36,405 bases of DNA. Source: a virus. A model generated the notes under the pieces. It did no database searches, was not told where the DNA came from, and was given only the letters and a program-made list of their open reading frames with translations. Position numbers and translations under genes: made by a program. This document shows positions 8,901 through 17,031 of this stretch, in pieces; within the stretch, counting starts at the first letter, position 1; each line of letters begins with the position of its first letter. The DNA is taken from UHGV virus genome UHGV-0210252. One strand, 5' to 3'.

Positions 8901-10384
8901 AGCAGCTTCAGGCCAATCTCGGTAAGTCCACCAAGGTTCACACCAGCAGCGGCACGTTCAGGCTCAATCACTTCGTCAAAGACTTGACGTGTCTTAGGGT
9001 TCAGAGGGTTCTCACCAATAAGGATTGAACCATCTTCCAGTCGTACACTACCCGGCTCGTTCGGAACGTCTGCGAACTTAACACCTTGATGACTGAAGGT
9101 CTGCTCACCTTCCTGAATAGGTAGACGAGACAGGTCCTGACCATCAACATTACGTGCAGTCTCACGGGCTTCCAGACGTGTAGCCGGACCAGAGAACTCG
9201 TTAGTGGTACGACCTAAGGCTCTGCTTAACCCATCAGCGATAGCAGTCATACCGCCGCCGAAGAGAGCACCGCCAAGGATAGCTTCAGCCACATGAGCAT
9301 CACCACCAGCCACTGAGGTACGGGCCATCTCGGACACACCAGCCAGTGCCCCAGATTGAGCAGCCACGGTGAACATCTTGTTGACTAGCTTACCACCTTT
9401 ACCAACCTGTCCAGCTATAGGAACGTAGGTCAGCGGGTCTACACCAGCACCAATCACACCAGCAGCTAACTGAGCACCAATCCCTGCCTTGGCCTTCTCT
9501 TGGTCCAACTTCTGGTTCTCAAGCGCCAAGTTAATAAGCTCAGTCAGGTTCTGAGGGGAGCCACCAGTAATTACTCCGTAATACTGAGGAAGAACCCCAG
9601 CGTTACGAATCTGGTCAAGCTCCTCACGAGACCACTTATGGTTGTTCCATCGCGTCGGGTTGAACACATCGCCAATGACATCCAGTGAGTCCTCAGTCTG
9701 ACCAGCGCGGATAGCCACGCCGACCATAGAGTTCTTCACTTCAGCTTCTGTAGCCGCACCAAAACCGAACCACGTAGAGCGGCCCTCTCGTTCCTGCATG
9801 GTCTCGCCAGTAGACTTATAGAACATCTCACCGAACGATTCGTTGGGAGCTTCAGGTGCTTGACCCTCAATGTTTAGACCAGCAGCGGTCGGAAGGTTCT
9901 CGCCCAGAGCTACTTTAGGTTTAGCCTTGAGTCCTTCCGTGAGTGCGTCAAATACGTTAGCGCTTACTGGTGGAGTCTTTGGGCTAATGCCATTGAGTGC
10001 TCGTGCGACTCCCTTCTGATAGACTTCAGGGTCGTACCGGGAGCCTGTCTCATGGAAGCTGATAGCTTGAGCCAGAGAAGACAGGGTGTCAGGGTCAGAT
10101 AGGTCGAGACTCTGGGTAGCTGGAATACCAGTTGTGGCCACCACTGAGTCAATATAAGCCTTAGTGTCGTTCTCGTTAGGAGGCGCCCATCGGTTGATAA
10201 TCTTCTCGATGGAGTCATAACCTTGGCGACCGTAGGACAGCAGGTTTTTACCTAAAGCTCGGACGCCAGACTCTGGACTATCGAAGGTGACGAATGCGCC
10301 ATCATCTCCAGTCATTCCTTCCCATTGGTCCTTACTTACCCGGATGTTACCCGGATTGTTATTGCGAATACCACGAGTCGCCAT
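5996..10384 (-). CDS. Internal virion protein D (T7 gp16 family), 1462 aa, with non-T7 N-terminal domain and central coiled-coil insertion
   Basis: Extensive recalled similarity to T7 gp16 from about residue 200 onward (STWFGFGAATEAEV..., GVDPLTYVP, RLEARETARN, MVEKYANDKAYGISH, C-terminal LVPNDPITQKLL). Confidence 0.9.
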   Translation of the reverse strand: MATRGIRNNNPGNIRVSKDQWEGMTGDDGAFVTFDSPESGVRALGKNLLSYGRQGYDSIEKIINRWAPPNENDTKAYIDSVVATTGIPATQSLDLSDPDTLSSLAQAISFHETGSRYDPEVYQKGVARALNGISPKTPPVSANVFDALTEGLKAKPKVALGENLPTAAGLNIEGQAPEAPNESFGEMFYKSTGETMQEREGRSTWFGFGAATEAEVKNSMVGVAIRAGQTEDSLDVIGDVFNPTRWNNHKWSREELDQIRNAGVLPQYYGVITGGSPQNLTELINLALENQKLDQEKAKAGIGAQLAAGVIGAGVDPLTYVPIAGQVGKGGKLVNKMFTVAAQSGALAGVSEMARTSVAGGDAHVAEAILGGALFGGGMTAIADGLSRALGRTTNEFSGPATRLEARETARNVDGQDLSRLPIQEGEQTFSHQGVKFADVPNEPGSVRLEDGSILIGENPLNPKTRQVFDEVIEPERAAAGVNLGGLTEIGLKLLRSENPEIRGVAADLVRSPTGMQSGASGKIGTTASDVFERLRAVDHRFYNDIDDAVTEALKDPYFQTAFWRDNSALREDVYKREALAIEDGSGNLKAELTPGELKVYDLLKNQFDAKREMMENPAMFGRTDAQSIFPGSRFKGTYVPVVYSSQMKQIYINELGSPEALQEAIKKSWLTSYASRPEVKARVDEMLAEQLRASQPAAGKTVGTASNHRSSVEAARDQMKLDDAATQAIDKVAELKDVLTNAEKRVADREKRLQNSKDRLASHEAKLKELEEKLAAKPKSKTIPVKIESRKQMIETQKSHVRINTERLDYMKGQAAKVRDRITKATTEAESAVAAAKGQKTAVDGQTTTAGEPTSGNASQAAPEVTMDMVEKYANDKAYGISHTEQFERSSVMEENINGLVGLENNNFLEARNLFDNDMEITLPNGKPFSVNSLREWDMDKIVPAYNRRVNGDIAIMAGTGKTTKDMKDLVETMMNKAGDDGKLKGEVSTLRDTLKILTGRARRDGADDAAFATVMRTMTDLSFFAKNAYMGVQNLTEIGGMLARGNVRALLHGVPMFRDLAFRNKKVGASEIKDLHNVIFGKELDDSIRPSKQDVIDRLRAYSALSKPTATALGSAKYYTGELAVRSPFTKVLNGTTNYLLDAGRQGFLSDIVEHSLTGSKRKFDDRWLKTAGISDEQWKGIKSLIRESVTRGPDGKYTIKDKKAFSQDPRAMDLWRMGDTIADETLLRPHKLSNMDAKAYGPLAKTVLQFKNFVIKSINGRTMRTFYNATKNNRAMDAALSTVMSMGLAGIYYMAQAHVKAYAMQDGRDRDYLKQALDPTMIGYAALSRSSHLGGPLGVANILGGIAGYEDTKMLRSSILPRSPTEKPERAIAYGAATSDPVMNVVGNFLEQVPAFGYAANVGASAYNLAGYLKADTRVNERDYMTGMYNTFRELVPNDPITQKLLLGTFEEQGIHIKD

Positions 10385-10388
10385 TATG

Positions 10389-12671
10389 TTACTCCTTACC
10401 GATTAGTACGTTTGCGATACCCTCCAATGAGACGTCATTGTACATCCCTCCGCGCTTCTCGATGTTGGCCTCTCGGTCAGCTCGACGTTTATCACCAGCA
10501 GCTTTAGTCCCGACGATACGCGCTCGCTTGTTAGCGTCACGTTCTGCCTGAGCATATGCGGCATCTTGTGCCTTCTGCTGTTGTTCGCGGTAGAGTTTAC
10601 CTACAAGTTCTTTATCGTATCTAATACGAATAGTCCCTGTAGCGTCTTGGAGGAAGATAGAGCCGTTCTGTTCAACAACGGACAACTGAGAGTTCACTAC
10701 CCAAGGGTTGGCCTTAATGAGCTGCTTACGAGCGGTGTCGATAATGTCTCGACCAACCTGCCACGACTCTGGGTTATCCCCTACCATAAGCTGGTGCTTT
10801 GACACCATGCCGATGGACTTACCGTCAGAACCTTCAGACTGGAACGTTACGGTGTTCTCATTCAGCCAGCGTTGAGTCTGCTGAGTTGCAGCGTCAGCGT
10901 TACCTGTACGATAGTACCATGAGTCCCAGACCTTGCGAGCACTTGCGTCCAGAGACGTAGGAAGACGCGAAAGGTCCTTATTCCGAGAGTCGTTCTTCAA
11001 CTCCTGCCACGCCTTGTCTGACTCCATGCGCATCTCACGGCTTTGACTTGCAGCTTGCTTATCAGCTTCAATCATCGTCTGAGGGTCCAGACCCATCTTG
11101 TCCATCTGGTCGAACGTAGAGAACAACTGAGCTTGGTCAGGATACAGAGCAGCAAAACTTGAAGGGTCCTGAGTGTAGGCACGGCGAAGAGATTCGAAGC
11201 GTTGCATCTTGTCTGGGTCGTACTGCCCACGGATGACCGCGGCTTGCCACTCACCAGCAGCGTCCTGAGTCAGCGTCTGGAAGGCATTACGGAAAGGACC
11301 GTTGTTAGTGTCGGCCCTCAACAATGCCACCTTCTGAGCGTCCTTAGCAGCCTCGGGGATGTCCATCTGGTCAATCTGCTGTAGCTTGGCAGACGCATAG
11401 TTGTTCATGTCTGAACGCTTGAACTCTCCTGTAGCTTCAGAGACCGGAAGGTCCTCATAGTTGGTGGACACGTTGTCCCCAGCCAGACGTCGCTGATACA
11501 CTTGGTCAATGACCAGTTGCTTATTCTGGGTCTGGATTAACTTAGTGTTCTCCTTAGCCTGTTCAGCGGACTTACGCTTGACCGCTTCCAATAAGCTGGC
11601 TTCGGCATTAATAAGCATCTGACGCTGAGGCGTTAGCTCTTCACCCGGCTGAAGCAGGTTGTTCTGCTCCTTGAGTTTCTGAATCTGGGCAAGACCAATG
11701 GTTGGGTCATCTTGAAGAATCGCAGACTGAACGCCTAACGCCAAGTCTTCCTGATACTTAGCCACCAGTTTATACTCAGTACCTTGGGCCTCAACCATAG
11801 CAGCGTTGAAGACGTCAGGTCCTACAATCTCTTCGATGGTAGCGTCAACACCATTAAGTGTGATACGCTCGCCACGGACTTGCTGTAGGAAGTTTGAGCC
11901 TCCTGACTTCTGGATTGCGTCACGGACCGTCTGGGTGATGACCTCCCGTGCTCGCTGGTCCGAAGGGATAGCAGCAGTAGTCAGTCCATCACGAAGCTAG
12001 CCCATGAAGGTCTTACCTGACTCAGGTGAACGCATCAGGTCGCCATCGTTCAGGAATGAGTTCATCTCAATACGAGTATTCAACATTGCTGTCTCTTCAG
12101 ACTGCTTACTGAAATACTTATTGAAGGACCCATAGATAGCGATGTTGCGGTCTGTGATGTTATCGTTGAACCCTCGCTGGAAGAACTCATCGGTAGGGTT
12201 AATACCAGCCTCTTCCGCATAGGACTTAGCTGCATCCTGAAGTCTCTGGTGGCGATATTCTTCCATTTCCTGACGTGTGCGGAACTCACCGTTCTGAATC
12301 TTAACGTTAATCTCGTCGTCTACAGCAAAGGCAGCATTACGACCAGTCTTGACTCGAAGTGCTTCCATAGCGTAAGGGTCATCCTGATACAGCAATGTGC
12401 CGTTCTGGATAGCCTCACGTCTTTGCTGAGGTGTCAGCTTACGGATAATCTCGTTAGACCGCTCGTCTGCCCGTGTCTTCTCATCGTCCTTGAACTGCTT
12501 GTACAATCCTGTCCCAGACTCAACGAAGTTAGTCAATGCACGAGCCAGCCCGGAGTCCCCAGTAGGAGCCTGAACGTTGGCTGCTTGGTAGTTGACGGCG
12601 ATAGTTTTACCCGGTGCTCTGCCACGACCCATAGTCCGATTAGCCAGAGCTGATTCAATATTACTAGCCAT
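10389..12671 (-). CDS. Internal virion protein C (T7 gp15), one reading frame of 761 codons interrupted by an in-frame TAG at 11997-11999
   Basis: Track ORFs 11997..12671 and 10389..11798 are in the same frame; hand translation of 11996..11799 is open and T7-like (LRDGLTTAAIPSD...); similarity to T7 gp15 on both sides of the stop. Confidence 0.85.
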
Positions 12672-12682
12672 TAGTCCTCCTC

Positions 12683-13276
12683 TTAGCTATGACCTGTCGG
12701 TGTGCCTTTAGCAGCACTAATTGGTGCAGCACCACCACCACCAGAGCCTGAAGTCCCAGACATTGACTTACCAGCGGCGTAACCTTGCATCCCTGCGGTA
12801 GCAACATTAAGTGCATGAGCCAGTGGGCTGGTCTTGATGATTTTACCCTGACCACGGATAGCAGACTTGGTGTTCTCAATGTTGGCGATACGGTTCCCGA
12901 AGATAGCCGCATAGTCACGGTTGTAGCTTTCGGTAATCCCAGCTCTCTCCTTGACTGTGTCTCCCTCGACCTGACGTTCAATCCTGTTCATAGAGTTACC
13001 TTCCAGACCGGACTCAGCTACCGCAGCTCGGACCATACCCTGATTGCGGATACCGTTTAACGTGGTCTCTGTCAGTTCAGCCATCTGTTGCTCCTTCAGG
13101 TCTCGCTCCTGCATCTTCAGATTGGCGTCAGAGTAGTTCATCTGCTTAACCATCTCCTGAGCCTGACGGTTCTGAGCGTCTATAGCAGCACCCTCAGCCT
13201 TGGCCTGTTGAGATGCGGACATAGTGGCCCCGGCTACAGCCATGATACCCATGCCTATACTAGTTGGCTCGCACAT
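12683..13276 (-). CDS. Internal virion protein B (T7 gp14)
   Basis: 197 aa starting MC..., size and position as T7 gp14; overlaps end of gene 13 as compact T7 genes do. Confidence 0.8.
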   Translation of the reverse strand: MCEPTSIGMGIMAVAGATMSASQQAKAEGAAIDAQNRQAQEMVKQMNYSDANLKMQERDLKEQQMAELTETTLNGIRNQGMVRAAVAESGLEGNSMNRIERQVEGDTVKERAGITESYNRDYAAIFGNRIANIENTKSAIRGQGKIIKTSPLAHALNVATAGMQGYAAGKSMSGTSGSGGGGAAPISAAKGTPTGHS

Positions 13277-13731
13277 ACGTCCTCCTTAGAGATAGTGAAT
13301 AGTTGAAAACGCTCACCAGTTACCGGACTTGTGGTACACTCATCGTGAAACCTAGCTCCTAGTAACTTCAAGAATTTAATGTGAGACTTATTGCCTGACC
13401 ACACGTAGTTCCAGATGGTCCCGTATTGGTCTAACATTAAGTCCCTGTACTCAGAGATACGCTTTATGAACTCTCGCTTCTCTTTAGGTCTCAGCTTATA
13501 GACCAGACCGGAAGTCAAGAACCATACGTTATCCCCTTGGTTTCCACCATAGGCAAACACTTCTCCTACACCGTTCGTTAAAACCACAGCTGACGGAGAT
13601 AGGTGCTTAAGCAGTCTTTCAGCGCGGCCAACTGTTGACCCATAGTTTGCTTTGCACTCATTAACATCATCTGCTGAAAGATGCCACAGAAAGTAGTTGA
13701 CATCTGGTTCCGTAGCCTTGCGAATATACAT
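13255..13731 (-). CDS. Internal virion protein A (gp13 position)
   Basis: 158 aa ORF between phi13-like promoter and gene 14; assignment by synteny only. Confidence 0.55.
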   Translation of the reverse strand: MYIRKATEPDVNYFLWHLSADDVNECKANYGSTVGRAERLLKHLSPSAVVLTNGVGEVFAYGGNQGDNVWFLTSGLVYKLRPKEKREFIKRISEYRDLMLDQYGTIWNYVWSGNKSHIKFLKLLGARFHDECTTSPVTGERFQLFTISKEDVCASQLV

Positions 13732-13750
13732 AAAGTCTCCTTATAACCTT

Positions 13751-13800
13751 AAGGGCCTATAGTCCCTATAGTGATAGTTAAGGTAAATCTATAGGCCCTT
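13751..13800. repeat. Perfect 12-bp inverted repeat (aagggcctatag / ctataggccctt) enclosing the phi13-like promoter core
   Basis: Seen directly; arms at 13751-13762 and 13789-13800, promoter 15-mer at 13765-13779. Confidence 0.6.
13760..13782 (-). promoter_or_regulatory. Phage RNAP promoter (phi13-like), TSS about 13765
   Basis: cctatagtgatagtt at 13765-13779 between gene 12 stop and gene 13 start. Confidence 0.8.
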
Positions 13801-13807
13801 CAATAAG

Positions 13808-16165
13808 TTAGACGGAACGAGCTTTCTTAGCGTATGACGCCTCCCAGCCACACCCAACGATGGACACTGGGGTAGGATAATCGGACTCTAAGGTTAGACT
13901 CGTGGTTAATGCGTTACCATTCATAGCGAAGCGATACTGACCATCCCCAATGTTGGTAGTCCCGATGGTTTGCTGACCAAGGGTGTACCCATTAAAGGTG
14001 TTCACGAACTCCCGCTCTCCGTTTCTTACAATGAGTCTCAGAGCGCCAGTGTCTTTGTAGTTGACCCAAGCCCGACGAAGCTGTAGACGACCAGTGTCTT
14101 CAGACTGAGTGCCACTCTCGTCTTCAATCTTAATCAGGAACCGTGAGAACTTGTAGGACATCAGATAAGACCGTCCGATGAACACTGTACGTCCAGACCA
14201 ATCGCCGTTGAGGATAACCACAGTAGAGCTACTGGTCAAGTCCCCAAGGTCCACATAGGCACCCTGACTGTCAATCAGATAGTACCGACCGGGAGACGGA
14301 GCGTTGCCACCATAAGCAGCACCAATGTCAACCGTAGTCTTATAGGTGTCAGCATTATATGAGCCAATTGGAATTACCATAGACACCTTGGAGTCAACGT
14401 GGAGTCTATACGGCTCTAATGGAAAGTCAGTTGCCTCCTTGATGAACTTAAGGTGCTCAAGGTCCACACCTCCTTGGTGCTGACGAACAATGAACATGGT
14501 AGAGCCAATAGAAGCAGACGCCAGAATCTTATCAGCTTTAGGGAACTCCCAGTGTGACCAAGAGGCTTGAAGCTGTACGCCGTCCTTAAACAAGAACTTG
14601 TAGAGGTAGATTCGGTTGTATGCACCTGTAGAGTTGACGCAGATGTAGTTCTCAGTCCCTGTGCCCTGAATGTCAAACACCCCGTTAGGGATATAGGACA
14701 GTACGTGACCAGTGGTATCATCGGCATCCTTCACGTCAGACACATCTGCTACAGCGAAGTATCGCTTAATGCTGGTGAATGACCCACGAGGTGCTGAGAA
14801 GAAGACTGAGCGTCCTACAGCGAACGGTCGGGCATTATCTCCTAAGGCAAACTCTGAGCCTACATCAAGTTGGATAGACTTCGAGGTAAGGACCCCTGAG
14901 CTTGTCATCACGAACTGCACCTCATCTGACCAAAGTAGTAGCTGCTCACTAAACGGAACGGCATACTTAAGGACTGAGATTCGAGGGTTACTTACAGCTA
15001 CATCAATAGGATCATCGTCACCCAATGTCGCCACACTCTTAGGGAAGAACGCAAAGTAGCTGGCTGAACGGCTCATGATTACGTTCTCGCCTGACAAGAA
15101 CCCCAGCCTATTCCTGTAGAAGAACACATCGTTAATCGTAGAATCCACGAAGCTAGGCATAGGGTTTGTGTCATCATTACCAGCCCCACGCTTAGACCAG
15201 TCCAGAGTCTTGAACTCAAATGAGCCGTCAGATTGTCTCACCAGAGCATGAGGCATTGTGGTGTTATCGAACCCAGTGACCACTCCCGGCTCTACTGTCT
15301 CCTTCCACGTCTTAGTGTTGGAGTCATACATCACGTAATATTCATCGGCGCTACTGTTGGTCTCACCTTGAATCTTAATGATGTACCCATTTGGAGCCGC
15401 AAGAGGCAACTTAGAGATTGTCTGCACTGTGTCGAGGACTGGGCTGATTAGCTGGTTAGCGTAGCCATCCTCCGTCTCCACTGAGTTAATATCGGTCCCT
15501 GAAGGAGCTGTGATTAGCAGGAAGCCAGACCCAAGGTCAAACGTGAAGTCTGGATAGGCAGCAACAAGAAGGTCTCTAAGAGCTGAACCTATGTCCTGAG
15601 CGTCAACCTTAGGTGGGTCATTCTCGGCATCATTACCTGCTGGTAGCTTATGCGAGACCTTGACTCCTCCGTTGATTCCCACCTTAAGGGTTCGACCATA
15701 CTGTCCACCACGCAGGTTAATTAAAGCTCGTGCTTTGCGGTTATAACCAGAGTGTGACTTCTCGCTTCCACCTTTGACGACAACCTTACGGTTAACTACG
15801 AACGTATAGTCTGCTACGGTAACGACACGGATGTCATCTCGTGGGTTTGAGGACTTAACGTAGTCTACCACACCTGACACTGAGTATTGATTGCCACTCA
15901 AGTCAACTACCTGAATGTTGTACCCATTGAACACGATGTAATACTGCTCATGCTCGTCACGGTTAATCAGGTGGAACTTAGGGTTACTCCCAACGTCGAT
16001 GTTAAGACGTCTCTTGAAGACTGTAGGTGGGCGCTTCTGGAGGCCATCACTCTCGGATGACCAGCAGTTAACCTGTGCCTCGCCTTGGTCTGAGAACCTC
16101 AGTATATCAGGCTGTTGGCTAATGCCACCTTTAAGGTTCTTGATTGATTGAGTAATTAGTGGCAT
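13808..16165 (-). CDS. Tail tubular protein B (T7 gp12)
   Basis: 785 aa; strong similarity to T7 gp12 (SIKNLKGGISQQPDILR..., HLINRDEHEQYY, LQLRRAWVNY, CGWEA). Confidence 0.95.
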   Translation of the reverse strand: MPLITQSIKNLKGGISQQPDILRFSDQGEAQVNCWSSESDGLQKRPPTVFKRRLNIDVGSNPKFHLINRDEHEQYYIVFNGYNIQVVDLSGNQYSVSGVVDYVKSSNPRDDIRVVTVADYTFVVNRKVVVKGGSEKSHSGYNRKARALINLRGGQYGRTLKVGINGGVKVSHKLPAGNDAENDPPKVDAQDIGSALRDLLVAAYPDFTFDLGSGFLLITAPSGTDINSVETEDGYANQLISPVLDTVQTISKLPLAAPNGYIIKIQGETNSSADEYYVMYDSNTKTWKETVEPGVVTGFDNTTMPHALVRQSDGSFEFKTLDWSKRGAGNDDTNPMPSFVDSTINDVFFYRNRLGFLSGENVIMSRSASYFAFFPKSVATLGDDDPIDVAVSNPRISVLKYAVPFSEQLLLWSDEVQFVMTSSGVLTSKSIQLDVGSEFALGDNARPFAVGRSVFFSAPRGSFTSIKRYFAVADVSDVKDADDTTGHVLSYIPNGVFDIQGTGTENYICVNSTGAYNRIYLYKFLFKDGVQLQASWSHWEFPKADKILASASIGSTMFIVRQHQGGVDLEHLKFIKEATDFPLEPYRLHVDSKVSMVIPIGSYNADTYKTTVDIGAAYGGNAPSPGRYYLIDSQGAYVDLGDLTSSSTVVILNGDWSGRTVFIGRSYLMSYKFSRFLIKIEDESGTQSEDTGRLQLRRAWVNYKDTGALRLIVRNGEREFVNTFNGYTLGQQTIGTTNIGDGQYRFAMNGNALTTSLTLESDYPTPVSIVGCGWEASYAKKARSV

Positions 16166-16174
16166 AGGCCCTCC

Positions 16175-16402
16175 TTAAATCATACTCATTAGGACGTATC
16201 CTTCAGAGATGTCACCAACGTCAGCAATGTGGACAACCTTACGCGCTACCTGTTGTCCAGTATACCCGTTGTCCCACTCATTCAGGATAAGCCAATCGCC
16301 AACCTTAAAGTCCCGGTCGTTAAGTCTCAGTTCTGCTGTCTTTAGACCTAGCTGTACCGGACCAAAGTGCTGGCGGTGAATCTTCAGGTTGTGACTAGCC
16401 AT
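16175..16402 (-). CDS. DUF3850 / ASCH-like small protein (75 aa)
   Basis: Pattern H-LKI....F..V..G.KT.ELR.NDRDF.VGD.L.L.EWD..YTG matches my recollection of the DUF3850 (PUA/ASCH-like) family; not part of the T7 gene set. Confidence 0.7.
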   Translation of the reverse strand: MASHNLKIHRQHFGPVQLGLKTAELRLNDRDFKVGDWLILNEWDNGYTGQQVARKVVHIADVGDISEGYVLMSMI

Positions 16403-16968
16403 TAGTCCCTCCCGATGTCTGACATCATGTTGTAGCGACCAGTGTCCATCTCGTACTCCATAACCTGCTGATAGAGTTCTGCTTCCTGCTCACGAAGGTA
16501 TAGCTCTGACTCTGGGCTACCGAAGAACTTAGCGTTGAACTCTCGGCTAGCTTTAGTGACGATGTAGTCCCTGAAGACCACAGGCATCTCAGAGAATGGC
16601 TTCATCTCCACAAGCTCTACCGTGATAGGGTCGGTGAAAGTGGTTGACTGAGTGGACAGGTCGTACAAGTATCCACCCATGTTGCTGTAGTAGCTGGTGG
16701 CCCCAGCAGTCATTACACGAAGATATGACGGAAGGAATCGAATCCTATTGTCTTGGACATCAGGTGTCAGGACAGCAGCTTCGTTGATGTTAAAGTTCCA
16801 GCCTTTAGCTTGGACCTGACGATTGACACGATGCAGGATACGTTGAGCGTTCGAGACGTCAGCGTTCCCCTCGTCAAGCTGTAGGACTGCTGGTTCACCG
16901 ATAGCTGCTAACATATCGTTTATGGCGTCTAAGTCATCGTTAGCATTCAGTGGAATGTATTGAGCCAT
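16402..16968 (-). CDS. Tail tubular protein A (T7 gp11)
   Basis: 188 aa; similarity to T7 gp11 (DAINDMLAAIGEP, RILHRVNRQVQAKGWNFNI, YIVTKASREFN, MEYEMD). Confidence 0.9.
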   Translation of the reverse strand: MAQYIPLNANDDLDAINDMLAAIGEPAVLQLDEGNADVSNAQRILHRVNRQVQAKGWNFNINEAAVLTPDVQDNRIRFLPSYLRVMTAGATSYYSNMGGYLYDLSTQSTTFTDPITVELVEMKPFSEMPVVFRDYIVTKASREFNAKFFGSPESELYLREQEAELYQQVMEYEMDTGRYNMMSDIGRD

Positions 16969-16984
16969 AAGTCTCCTCTTGCTT

Positions 16985-17028
16985 TAAGCAAAAAACCCCT
17001 CAAGCACCCGAAGGCACCCAAGGGGTTT
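16985..17028 (-). terminator. Tphi-like intrinsic terminator after gene 10
   Basis: Minus strand AACCCCUUGGGUGCC-UUCG-GGUGCUUGAGGGGUU followed by UUUUUUG; closely resembles T7 Tphi. Confidence 0.8.
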
Positions 17029-17031
17029 CAA

